Origin: Ancylonema sp.
Lineage: Eukaryota
Direction: 5' to 3'
Assembly (NCBI GenBank): GCA_050230475.1
Contig: JBFLGF010000044.1
Location: 1 to 64,000, forward strand
DNA length: 64,000 bases
The translations under genes and the position numbers were made by a program. Below, one piece after another: positions 12,744-25,208 of the stretch. Positions within the stretch are counted from its first letter, which is position 1, and the number at the start of each line of letters is the position of its first letter. Below the pieces are notes generated by a model. It did no database searches. It was not told the origin of the DNA and saw only the letters and a program-made list of their open reading frames with translations.

Positions 12744-15108
12744 ACAGTTGCGCTTCAAAACCTGAAAGTGCGCATCGCCCTCCGCCTCCCCCCCATAAAT
12801 AAAGGGGGGGGGGGAAGGGAACAATGGGGGGGGGGGGTAGGGGAAGGGGGTGCCACGGGTTTGTCTGAGCAGAAAATGGAGAGTTTGTCGGTGGACGCAC
12901 TCATACGGGTGAGAAGGGGGGGGAGGACACGAATCGGATACGATGGTCCATGAAGTATCGGAATCGGATACGAAAACTTATGCTTATTCGAAGTCAAAAC
13001 AGGTCGGATACGTTTTCTTAGTGTCGGAATCGGATTCGTTTCCATCCAGAGGGCGGCGGAAGAGAAGGCTGGGGGGAGGAACGAGTCGGCCATTCTCTAC
13101 CTCAGGTATCCCTCCCTCGATACAGGTACAAAGAGGGGAAGAAGATGGGGAACACTGTGCCTATATGGAGACATCATCCACCATTTTTGCCCACGTGCAA
13201 CGAGAGTCGAACGTCGACTTCAGTCCCTCACCGTTGACTTTCCTGTCAAACGTTGACTTGTTCGAGCGGAGTTGACTTTTCCGTTGACTTTTTTTCCTAC
13301 AGGCACGCGATCGCCAAGGGTCCCACCAACGGCCCTGCCCACGTGGCGCTAGGTCAACTGACCGCGGAAATCGGCCAATGGGAAAAAAGCGCCAATTTTT
13401 TTGGGGTGGCCGCACAGGAGGTGAGGGAGGACATTTCCGGGAAGGTGCTGAGGGGGTGCCTAGATACTAGCGTTGCTCGTTGGAAGAACGGGGAGCCAAT
13501 ATGATATTTTGGGGGGAGAAGAACTATTTAAAAACTACTAACTTTTTCCCGAACGTCCCTACGAGTATCATGTTTATGCATATGAAAACTTGGGAAAAGA
13601 GAAGAACAAAAACATCAAATGGGTTCTTGAATGGGTTCTTACAACAACTTGTTTTGAAAAGCGGAGATTCTAACGTCGGAGTTTATTGAAATCCGTACTT
13701 TGAATTCGACCCGCCCGTTAACCGGGGTTGGGTGTGGGGTTGGGGGTGCAGAGTCAACCGGTTGAGGTCCAGCTGGCAGGGTTGTTTGGGTTGGGGATTG
13801 CGCGGGCCAATCAGGTGATGCCACGTCACTATAACGGAATAACCTAGTAGATCACACGCTAAAAATAAGAATGATAAACACGGTCGAATGGAAAACAAAA
13901 ATCTAAACCACAACTTGCACACCCCCAATTGAATCGTGTCTCCAATTAGGAGTGCCCCCCTTGAACCTAGATATAAGAAACCGGGAGAAAGCCCAATAAA
14001 TGTGGGTTTTCAGTGAAATGCTGCTCATGTATATGCATGTACATACATATCACAGTGTGTATATTGAACACACAAAATCCTCGAAAATTCCAATACATGT
14101 TATTTTCATTTGAACTATTTCATGTCCTTGTTTTCAATGCAGGGCAATAGCTCGGATGCCATTTCTTGTTTGGAGCAAGCGGTTGGGTTGAAGGGTTGGG
14201 CGGATGGCGAGTCGAGGTTGAGGGTGGGGAGGGCGTTGGTAACGCTAGCAAGGTGGGACCCACGCATGGGGGAGGGGCAATCATGATGGTTGACTCGGGG
14301 GTTGACTTTGGCGTTGACTTTGGCATTGAGGGTGGCATGGTTGGGTGGTGGGGGGGAATTATTGAGGGTTTGGTTTTCCGTTTTGATACATTTTTTATGG
14401 AGGGAAAATGAGAGATGCAGGAGGAGGAGAAATGGTTTCTAGAAAGGGGGATGGGGAATGAGGAATTGCTAATAAATGTATTGAGGTTGGAGCTCCGAAA
14501 AGGTTATGACCTTGGTATGTCATAACTACCTTATTTAGGCAAGAATGTATATGCTTGTGGGTACGTACGTATGCATGCATGCACACGTAGACAGATTTGT
14601 GTTAGATATGCTATGTTACTCACAAGCACATCAGCTTTCAAATCGAGTTTTTGTTTGGGTGTTTTTTTATCGTGTTTGCATCAAAGCCTTACTCGACTAC
14701 TCTCTATCTTGATGTGTCTTATAACTACTGGGATTGATGCGGTGAAGGATGACATCGAATTTCCTTTTTTTTTTTTTTTTTTTTTTTTTTTTCTCCCCCT
14801 TCCTTTTTTAATGTCCGTTTTTGGTCTGCCCCCCTCCCCCCCCCTCCCTGTTTTATTATTATAACTATTGATATTGTCGTAGGGGGGTGCAATTCTTGAG
14901 TTGTGTTCTTTGATTTTTTTATGTGGTTTGTTTGCTTCTTTTTCTTTTCGTTTTTGGGTAGAATCCCTTCAGTCTTGTGATGCGGGAAGGTCGGAAGGAA
15001 GAGGCGTTGACGTATTTGCGGCGAGCAGTCGAGTTTGATCCAAAAGTTCTTACTCTATATGTTCAACCGTTAGAAAAGGAATTGGGCATCCTACAAGACA
15101 AGAATTGA
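12744..15108 (+). CDS. OXA2: 3' part of an OXA2/ALB3-like (YidC/Oxa1 family) insertase with C-terminal TPR domain; exons 12744-12908, 13050-13105, 13303-13420, 13752-13814, 14143-14252, 14973-15108; 5' exons not found
   Basis: Phase-consistent GT-AG splicing gives TVALQNLKVRIALRLP...MESLSVDALIR-RAAEEKAGGRNESAILYLRHAIAKGPTNGPAHVALGQL...GNSSDAISCLEQAV...ALVTLASLVMREGRKEEALTYLRRAVEFDP. This is colinear with the post-TM5 and TPR region of plant OXA2a/b as I recall it. Confidence 0.78.
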
Positions 15109-15443
15109 TGGTCAATAGTTGCACCGTACCATCTCATCAAGTATATACATACACAGCGTTGTTATTTTGTAGCATGGGAATTATAGATTTATGTCGATTT
15201 CGAGTGGTTTCCATCCCTCATATTCGCTTACCTTCATGTGTGATTGGTTCCAATGGATGATGGGGGACCTCTTACGTATTTTTCATTAAGATAATTTGTG
15301 AACAAATTGCAAGATTCATTGGGACATTCTACCATTGAATTATCACTTCCCCATGTCATCATTTATATAAGTGGGACAAAGTTGATGACTCAAATTTGTG
15401 ATGAATCGCGACCAATGTGGAATCACGGTAACACAAATCCAAG

Positions 15444-15632
15444 TGGCGGAATTGGCGGAATCGGGAGAACTGGCGGAACTCGCGGAATTGGCGGAATTGG
15501 CGGACTTGGCGGAATTGGCGGAATTGGCCCAATTGACGAATTTGCCGGAAGAGGAGGAATCGGCGGAAATGGGGACGAAGCATTTTTAATTATCATCAAA
15601 ATACAAATCCGGAATTCCGGAATCCGGAATTC
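15444..15632. repeat. 9-bp repeat (GGCGGAATT)n followed by CCGGAATT repeats, probably TE subterminal sequence
   Basis: Read directly. Confidence 0.75.
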
Positions 15633-16642
15633 GTGTTCGTGAATTGTGTCCTCGTCCCAAAAATGTGCATTGCGGAGAATTTCAGCCTAAATGCTTTTTT
15701 TATATTCTTGCACAAGATCCAATCGAGCACGAGATAGTTGTTCTCGGAATTGTTTCTCCACGGAAAAGCACTTGAAACCCTATAAGAAAAATGAATAGTT
15801 CCTACTCCAAGTACGGACCCCGGTTCGAGATGCGGACATAAGAACCGGTCCGAAAGATTTGTGCACCTATGGTGGGTATATGTGGTTGTGTATTGTGTCT
15901 TCAGTTTTTTGCATCCGCATGCTTACGTGTTATGTATTGAATTCTGTACGTAGATGCGGAGTATATTTTTCATATTACCCGTATTTTGCAAACAAAAAAT
16001 TGTACAAACTTATGTGTTGATTGCAATGTCATGGGAAGCGATACATAAATATCTTAGTTGGGGGGAGACCCTGTTAATATCGTCCACGAATCTCCGTGAC
16101 GGGTCTTGGATCAACATTGATCAAGACCAAAATGGGACCATTCCCGGACCCAACTTAGTTTTCAAGTAACATCCAAGCATGCATGCAAGTACGTTCTCTC
16201 CCGAAATAGACATTTAGCAGACTTCGGTATTTACACTTCTTGGTAATGCTGGTTATGTTGACCCACCATCGGCTAGATAAGACTCTTTAGTCAGCTACCC
16301 AAGACGAAAGGGGGAAAAAAAAACCCAAAAAAAAACCTACGAATACGAGTGCACCTTGTGCACTCGTATTCATTGGAAACTCGCCAATGTATTTGTTATC
16401 AAAAGGGTCCGCCCTCATCGACATACTCATCCAACCACTACCTCTTTGCGGGCCCCCAAAATCACTTCATATCACAGCTACAAAAATGGAAAAATCTACT
16501 CAAAATCTCCTTCATCATGCACAATATTTTGAGAATATTGTTACGGACAAACATCACTCTCCCAAGAGGAGCCACCAAAGTGCACTCCACCACGCGGAGT
16601 TGTAGCAGCATCTATGGCGAGAGAGTCCTCCCATCAATCGAG

Positions 16643-16674
16643 CTCATGGGCTCATGGGCTCATGGGCTCATGGG
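16643..16674. repeat. (CTCATGGG)x4
   Basis: Read directly. Confidence 0.85.
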
Positions 16675-17132
16675 TTTCATTTCAGCAGACACAACTTGCC
16701 CCTTTGATGATCCATCCTATTCCGTGCCATCGCACCAAACAGGATGCACACCTTGCTTGGACTGAAAATGTTGCTACAAGCTTAAATGCGTCCACTTCCG
16801 TCGGGGGACACCCGCTCACACAATGGTGCTCGCTCATGGTTTAGGTGCCGTCTTGAGTCAAACAAATGATGATGGTACATAACATGGAGTCATATGGATG
16901 TATTGGACTTTTTTCTAGCTTTTGATAGGGTATTGTACCCTCAGGGTATGTTAGGATATGCTAGGGTTATTCCGGGTATTTGAGGATTTTTAACGGATAT
17001 TTCCGGGTATTGAAGGGGTTTTGAGGGTACGGTGGGGGTAATTATGGGTACGTTAGGGTATTTGCGGATTACTTGAGGGTATATGCGGGTTATTTCTAAA
17101 CCGGACAAAGAAAATGCGGGTTACCGCCACCC

Positions 17133-20100
17133 TAACCATAACGAAGTAGCTTGTATTCGTAAACGTTACGACAAGTAATTGGCGCCGATTTCGCACGTGC
17201 GTGGGTGCCTCACCCACTGCACTAGAAGTAGGGACAGGCCTGACGATGTTCCCTGACTTTCTCAATAACATCCCGGAATCTCCATCGCTTCCTCGCACGT
17301 GTCTTGCTAGCTACGCCTGACAATGCTGCGCTGAGTAGCTTTAGAGGTTGGCAAAAATAACCATAGCCGAACAGATCGCCAGCTCACGGCGCATCTGGGC
17401 GACCAAGGTCTCCATTGCCTTGGATAGTTTATCGAGAAAGTTATATCTATCAGCTGGGTCTGCTTAAGCCCGACCCCCACCCGCTGCGCACATGACTGCT
17501 GAACGTCATGGTGACGTAGTGAAGGTGGCCGTCTAGGTCGTCGTTATCAGACAGCACTGTGGCGTCGGGACCCACAGGCTCGCGGTCTGGCTCCCCAGCT
17601 GACTACTCAGAAACTTCCACATCACCGCTAGCTCCGCGGGTGTTCGTAGACAGAGATATGGATTCAGAATATGATTTTGAGGACATGGGCGATACCATTC
17701 CTCCCTACAGCGAGGAGCTTGGTAGTCAGCAGACAGATTCTTTACAGATGCTCGCGGCTTCTACTACAAGATAGTCATGCGACCAGCTCGCATCAAAAAG
17801 GTATACGGCGAGATCGAGTTCCTCGCGTATGACCTGGCATCGTTTATGGGAAAGGACGCACGCAGAGAGTTCTGTCCGGCCATCTTGCGGAGAGAACAGC
17901 CGTGTTCCTAGCTGACCATCCGAACCATCAACTGCAAGCAGACAGAGCTGCTGCAAGGACAGCATGGAAAACCTGGCGGAGACAAGTAGCACGTCCTCTG
18001 GATCCAGCACATCCACATCTACCTCCGGCCGCGGCTGAGCCTCATGACATCGAGTCGTTCTTCACAGCGATTCGGGTGCGATTCATCACGAATGTTTCCG
18101 ACGCTGTCGACCAGCTAAGAAGCTTCCAGGCGAAACCAAAAGATTCAGTCTACAACATCTTCTTCAAGATTGACGACCTCGCTACACCATGCGAGCAGTC
18201 TGGACGGATCTTGCCGCGGGAGGCTTCTTTGCGCTTCTACAATGCTTTGCCCAGGGCGGTGAAGATCGACATTGATCCGGCATACACAACCGAAGAAGCT
18301 AGGAGGCTGCGAGCTGGTCTGCTACCCATGGCACGGGAGCACATCCTCGAGATCGCGGCTGCAGCTGAAACCAGCCTACAAGCAAGAGCGGCTGGGTGCA
18401 CCACCTTTGATCTGGATCCTGCCTTTACCGAAGTCACACACCTGATCATGGAGTCGGTGGCGGAGAACGTGCAGGTGCTTCAAGGTAGTCCAGGCCAGCA
18501 GCAGCACCAGCAGCAGCATCTCACTCGCACATGTCATCAGTGCTGACAGTCTAGACATCTAGGACAAGATTGCCCTTCGAAAACAGTCATCTCTGCAGCT
18601 TCTCGCATTGAAGCTGCACCTGCAAGCAATGGTCCAGCTCAGAATCCTGCGCATTCTGGAGCTGCAGGAAGTAGTGATTCCGTACAGCTTGCCAGATGGG
18701 ACACTTCTGCAACTGACCGAACGGAGGGTGGAGTCTGCACCCACTGCTTAAAGATAGACCATACCTAAGAGGAGTGTCGTCAGCAAAAGGCTGGTCACTC
18801 CCCAGCCTCCTCTCATGCAGCTCAACTACTCTTGGCACCTGTGCGCCAAGGCATGGTTTTTCAAGGGCCAAGGAAACTATACAATCATGGCTACTCCGGC
18901 CATGGTGCTCTCTTCTTCCAGGGATGCCAGCAGTAGGTGGATCCGGCAGCGAGAGAACGATTTTGTACTGCGCAGCGCTCAGCCCTTCAGAGCCTGCCCG
19001 CGCTGGGGACGCGAGTCGCCACGCAGCATGAGCCTGTAGTCCTTCCTCCAAGCGCTTTTGTCTCACTCCTACCCTTTCTATTCAGTCCCCTCCTGTGCGC
19101 CATCTCCATGGCCAGCAAGTGGATCGCAGAGCTGAAAGTCTGCACCCTAGAGCCGTGCGTCCAGCCTGCCAGCCGCTGGAGCAGAGAGGGCGGTCTGCTG
19201 GACAGCTGCAGCTGCTCCTTGCAGCAGAGAGCCAGCCTCCACCCGGTGTGCCGCATGCGCAGTCGATGGAGCAACCTAGTGGAGAACTGCAGCAGCCAAC
19301 GCAGCAGTTCGACCCTGGCTTGGGTCGCAGGGGGGAAGTGGTGGCACCAGCAGGGGTCCTCACAGCGGCGCAGCAGCCGTTGCATGATCAGTGGCCAGGA
19401 GCAGCAGAGCACCACATCAGGCGTCCTCTTACGCTGGTTTGGGGAGCACCAGTCCACCTCGGGACGTGGCTTCCCTCTTTTCTGTCTCCTAAACTTCCTA
19501 CACTTCCCATCCTCAACCTTCAAACTCAATCTGAACCTCTTCTAAAACCTCTAAACCAAAATTTACTTCAGACCCTGGATCCGTGCAGCCAGGCGCAGCA
19601 GTTAGCACTTGCGCGCACGAGTTTGGATCTGGCCGAGAACAGGCCATCTGGCCTCCCACTGGCTGGTCTTCTTTAGCGTTTAGTAGCAGCCCGTGAGGTC
19701 CCTCTTGTTCAGGAGCTGCGCAGCGGTGCTCAAAAGCTCGCGGGTGCAAGTCTCTCAGCCTTTTATTCGGCACCCCTTATTTTTTGAGCACGTGGGCCAG
19801 TCCCTGGTCAGTGTACAGTTTGGAGTGGAGGCAGCGGTCAGCGGTGCGGTCTATTCGGCGGGCGGTGCGCTTCATCCAGCCCAGCCTTTGTGGCTGATCA
19901 GCACCTTATTCCCTCTCCTTCCTTACACTCATTATCTTCTCATCAGCCTTCTCTTCCCTTACACCTTCACCCTCTCAGAAAGCTAGCTTTCAACCTTGTG
20001 AAAACAGAGGGGGGGCTGGGGGGGAGGCTGGGGGGGGGAGCCGTGGGGAGGGGCAATTGGCGCACTCGGGATAAGTGTGGCCAGTTCTCAGCAGTTCTGC

Positions 20101-22327
20101 AGCCAACCGGTGGATCTCCATCAGCGCTCGACTCCTTTCCTTCCCTTCCTCACCTTAAAACTCTGACTTTGTAGTTCGGGGGGGGGAGAGGGGCGAATCT
20201 GGGGGGGGGTCACTTTGGGAACTTCTTCAACTCTACCCCTGTACTCGGTATAGCCAAGTTGCTTTGACAATCGATGTCATCAGCTTGGGGGGGGGTAATG
20301 AAAAACTTTCACACTGACATCTTGTGGTGTTTTGCGGATAGCGCATGGCGCTTGGAACTCTTTTCAATGGCTTTTCTTGCTTTCACTTGTAGCATGTGCG
20401 CAAGATCAAACTTCACCCATTTTCCACATTTGCCACAGAGAGGGGAGACGCTCCGTCGGCTCAGACGTATAGAAATTGGTTACAAGACTTGCGGTGCCGC
20501 CGAAGCTCTTTAGTTTGTCGACTTGTAGTGGTGCGTAGTTTTCTTAATGTGCAGAATTTGAGTGTCTACTTGTTTGATCTCTCCACCCTTAGCAGACATT
20601 CCACTTGGGGCCTTGCTGTGTTCTTATCACTAGGTCTACTATGATGTCTTGGGGGGGTGCGTGGAACTTGGGGGGGCCCACTTGGTGTGTAGCCTTTGAG
20701 TGCCAATCTCTGGCTTCAGTGATCTCAGCCGAGAGCTTGGGGGGGGGAGTAAAAACAATCTGGTACATGCTAGCTTGCTTGCTAGATGTGTGTGTNATCG
20801 TACTGCTTATGGGAGCTCCGCCGATCTCGAATTCAGTGCCACGGTGGCACACAACGACGCATCGTATCTCGAACAATCATTACTATACAGTCCATCGGCG
20901 GTTGGGATTAACTTTCGGGGCCGGAGTACCGCATCCAACGCGTCAAAATTCAGGTCCCTAGATTCTGTAAGTATTTTACGGAATAACCGTCTCCCATTGG
21001 TTGTGGAAGCTACGCTCTCATTTTACGACTAAAATTATACGTACATACAACGTCTTTTTCCGGCTGGTCGACTGTGCTGTGATTGGCTCACAAATCCTCA
21101 TACGAAATCCCCAGAGTGATTTTCTTGAGGATTCAAGCCCCAAATCTGCAGGAAAATCACTCTGACGATTAACAAAATGGATTTTCAAATCACTTTGGTC
21201 CCGATAAGAAGCGATGTGACGATTTATTTTTATGTTGGTTGGGGATTCGATTAATTTAGGGGGTCTCCCCAACCAAAGTCGACGAATCCTCAGTCCCATA
21301 AGTTATGCTCTTAGTGTGTCTGAGCTCGCTCTTGAGCTAAATTGTGTCGTGCGCCATGTGCCTAGCGCCGGAAAACTTGGGAATTCCGAGCTCAAACGCT
21401 GTGGCTTAGTGTCGACGGAAATGATTTCTGANATGCTTGCTAGATGTGTGTGTGTGTGTGTGTGTGTGTGATGCTATGTGTTTGTGATGCAAGTAGTTAG
21501 CTCTTTGCTTGCTATGTTGTACGGAACGTGAACGGATCGCTATCCGCACGTGTCCGCTTGTGTCCTTAGCGTGTTTGTAGTGTGCTTAGCCTAGCCGCAC
21601 GTGTGTGACGTCATTGATCTCTGTAGGTACGTCAACTATTGTAGCGCTAGGGATCGGTAGCTTATAACGGATACGCCCCCGTTGTAGCCGATCGGTTACT
21701 AGTAGACCAAGTACCCGTACCATAACCAAGTAGCTTGCATTCGTTATAGCGGTATACAATTCATCCTTATAACGCGGGACCGTAAGACGGAACACCCTCG
21801 CTGACCATGAATTCTGATTTATATAGCCAGATTTGTTCGTAAACGACAAGATGTTGGCGCCGATTTCGCACGTGCGTGGATGCCTCACCCACTGCACCAA
21901 AAGTAGGGACAGGCCTATCGTTGTTCCCTAATTTTCTCGATAACATCTCGGAATCTCCATCGCGTCCTCGCACGTGTCTTGCTAGCTTCGCCTGACAGTG
22001 TTGCGGTGAGTAGCTTTAGAGGTTGGAAGGAATACCCATAGCCGAACAGATCGCCAGCTCACGGCGCATCTGGTTGACCAAGGTCTCCATTGCCTTAGAT
22101 AGTAGTAAAAACAATATGGTATATGCTAGTTTGTTTGCTAGATGTGTGTGTTTGTGTGTGTGATGCTATGTGTTTGTGATGCAAGTAGTTAGCTCTTTGA
22201 TTGCTATGTTGTACAGAACGTGGACGGATCTCTATCCGCACGTGTCCGCTTGTGTCCTTATCGTGTTTGAAAAGTGTGTTTAGCGAGTCGCACGTGTGTG
22301 ACGTCATCAATCTCTATAGGTTCGTCA
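17133..22327 (+). mobile_element. Non-autonomous gag-only LTR retroelement with a tandem LTR-PBS-leader-LTR extension
   Basis: LTR ends ...ACGACA (17173, 21848) are followed by PBS-like TGGCGCCG (17180, 21855). Leader 17174-17428 is repeated at 21849-22103. PPT G9 lies at 20739-20747, then LTR start AGTAAAAACAAT (20748, repeated at 22104). Confidence 0.75.
17559..18790 (+). pseudogene. Degenerate retrotransposon gag with two CCHC zinc knuckles
   Basis: Gag-like FFTAIRVRFITNVSDAVDQLRSFQAKPKDSV; knuckles CHQC*QSRHLGQDC (~18532) and CTHCLKIDHT*EEC (~18737), each with an in-frame stop. Confidence 0.75.
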
Positions 22328-24721
22328 CCCGACCTTCCATTGGCATACACATCCGGCTTTAGAGAAGCAAGGGATGAGGAAGGAGAAAAGCATTTTAAAA
22401 AAAATAGTGTCAGAGCTTTGAGAGCACGATTTGAATGCGAAAATACCTGAAAGCATATGTAAAGTGCCATTAGATTACGGGTAAAATCGTATTCTCGCAA
22501 CATTTTCACATGGAAGTATAACACGAAAATGGGAATGAGGAAATATATGGAACGGAGATGAGAATAGGATGATCACAAAAATATAGCAACCATTTCATTT
22601 AACTATCGGTACACGAACAGAAACACAATTTAAAGGGCAGCGAGCAAAACATACAAATGCACCAAAAATCATGAAGGCGTACTCATGCGGAAAATCGTTT
22701 TTATTTTTTTTGCAATAAATATAATTTGTTTTTTTTTTTTTTTGGATAGAGCATGACGAGCTGCAAGGAAAAAAAACAAAAAATAAAGTTTTGTCTCCTT
22801 CACACACGGTGACAGATTTTCACCATCAAAATTGGCCATTTTCGGCTTTGGCTTATGCCATTTAGACTCTTAATCTGCCCCCATGGACGGGAGTAACATG
22901 CATACATTTGACACTCAAGTTCTTCGTTTCAAGCTCACGGACGTTAAGGAATGCATTGCGGACTATTTGCATACAGATTCAGATCCCTTTCTCGACCAAC
23001 TTTTGTTATGGCAAAGTCATTTAAAAGCAGCTCTCCTGGCCAAGTACAAGGCGGCCGCTGCTGCTGCAGCAGCTTCTAATCGTGATCTTACACTTCTACT
23101 TATGAGGCTTGAGATCTCCCAGCTATCATTCCTAGCCTGCCGATCCGAGGAGCTACCCCGGCAGCAGATCCTACCCATCACGCTTCTCAGGCTACAAACC
23201 TGCCAACTACCACTCCTAGCCTGCCAATCTGCGTTGCTACCCTGGCGTCCAGTCCTACCCCTGCAACTGCTCTTTTTGCCCGTGGTGCTGCAGCAGTCCA
23301 CCTGCGAGCTCCTACCCCTAGCCTGACAATCTGTCCGGCTAGCCCGGCAACTATTTCTACTCCTGCAGTTGTTGCAGCTACTTAACATCTGCTCAGCAGA
23401 CCAGTTCCCCCTTTCTACTCCTACAGCTATCCACGCTGCCCCAGCTTGTGCAACTGTTCTTGCCCCTCCAGTCTCAGCTCGTGCTCCTGCTCCAGTCCCT
23501 GCTCTTCCCAATCGCCCGCGTCAGGATTTGGCGCCCGAATTCCCCGACCTGCACGCATTCCCATTCCTTACTCCCCCCCCCTCCCTGCTCCCGTTCCTCT
23601 CCCCCCTCTTTCCCCCGGATCCTCGCCTGGCTACTCCCCACCTGCGCCGGCCCACACAACTTTCCCAGTTCTGCCCACGGGCAGCCGGTCCAGTCGCCAA
23701 GTCTACGATCGTCGCCCATGCACCCCGGCCATCCTATGCCCAGCTGCATCGGTTCCCCCGCCCACTCTTACCTTCTGCAGCTGCATCGCTGTGCCGGCCG
23801 ACCCTCTGGATCCCAGCACCCTTGGCTTCCCTGAACCGAGCAATTTCCCTCTAGGCGGGCGGCACAGCACTCGTGACGGCCTCAGCAACCTTTCAGCCGC
23901 ACCTACACCCCTCCCTCCCTCACAATTATCCAGATCGTCTTCCTACACCACCGGACAGTAATCAAAATCCCAACCCTGTTTTCAACCCCCTTCAGTCCCC
24001 CTCCCGATCTCAATTTCCAGTTAATAGCTCCCTGAGGAGTCGAACCTCGACCCCCGTGCCCCTGCACGGCGGCTACCACGATGGAGTTTTTCCTATCTAC
24101 CCGAGTCCCTACCCTCCCACGACCCTTCCCCTTATCTAACCGTCTAACTTGACGTAGCCGTGCTCTCCTACTAGCGTTTCGCGTGACCGGAGCCCTCTGC
24201 TGGCCGTAGCTAGCTTGGTCGCACGTGCGGCATGCAGTGTCAGGCCTGAATTCCATCTGCCACACTTGCGCAGTTTTGCGGGGGATCCGGGTCCCAGGCT
24301 CCAGATTTTGGTTCGTCCCGCTCGACGTGGCCTCATCTCCAACCTTCAATGCCCGGGCCTGCATCCTGGCCGTACTCGGAACATTCTGGAACCTCGAAAT
24401 TCGGCAATGTCCCTCCGCATCGGCGTTTCGCAGCTCGCCTAGTTTTTTGAGAACTTATCTCCATCTCCGCCGTCCACTGGGATTCATCCTACGGCATCTC
24501 CACCCTACCTAGATTTCCAATCTGCCAGCAGGGCGTCCCTCTTGACTCAGTCCGCCAATCTCCTCCACGTGGCGCCATCGTGTCGAACCCAAGTTTCTAA
24601 CACATTTGGATCCGACGATCGCTTCCGCGGGTCCCCGATCTCCAATTTTCAGATCGTCTCCATCCAGTCGTCCCTTCGCGGNACCGGCTCACGCCCTCTT
24701 GCCCTATCCGGCGATTCGCCA

Positions 24722-25208
24722 TCATATTGCTTGTGTGCATTTTTCAACTAGCTTGCTAGGGACGCCTTTGCATCCGCCCCTAACATTATCAATCTTGGCA
24801 CGAAAACGTTTAGCGGCAGGGTCCCCATCTCCTGGCTGCTCCGTTTGCAAACGAGCACTTGTCCGAAGGGTTAACGGTGTCTTTGGGTGCTGACCGCCAT
24901 TCATCTCGAATGGAGTACAGTGGGTGGTTTCTTGCCAAGCATTGTTTATTGAAAACTCCGCCAATAGCAACCAATCCTCCCAATTGGACATGTCGACATT
25001 GATGAATCAACGAAGATATTGCTCCAAAGTTCGATTGGTCCTCTCGGTTTGCCCGTCGGTTTGAGGATGAAAAGAAGTACTCACTCATCTTCAAGTCGAC
25101 TCCCAATCGAGCAAAGAACGTTTGCGTGAACGCGGCCCGAAATTTAGGATCTCGATCACAAATAATTTCGTCGGGAAGGCCATGGAGTCTTACAACTCCA
25201 TCGATGAA
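24722..25208 (-). pseudogene. Ty3/gypsy integrase core fragment on a short N-bounded contig
   Basis: VVRLHGLPDEIICDRDPKF...PQTDGQTERTNRTLEQYLR...NWEDWLLLAEFSINNA..TPFE; frameshifted. Confidence 0.9.

Noticed and set aside
15298..15642. Gly-rich GGI-repeat ORF
   Set aside because: It is a product of the GGCGGAATT 9-mer repeat, with no splice or domain support.
16930..17130. Interstitial telomere-like sequence
   Set aside because: Only scattered GGGTAT/TTAGGG words, with no tandem TTTAGGG or TTAGGG array.
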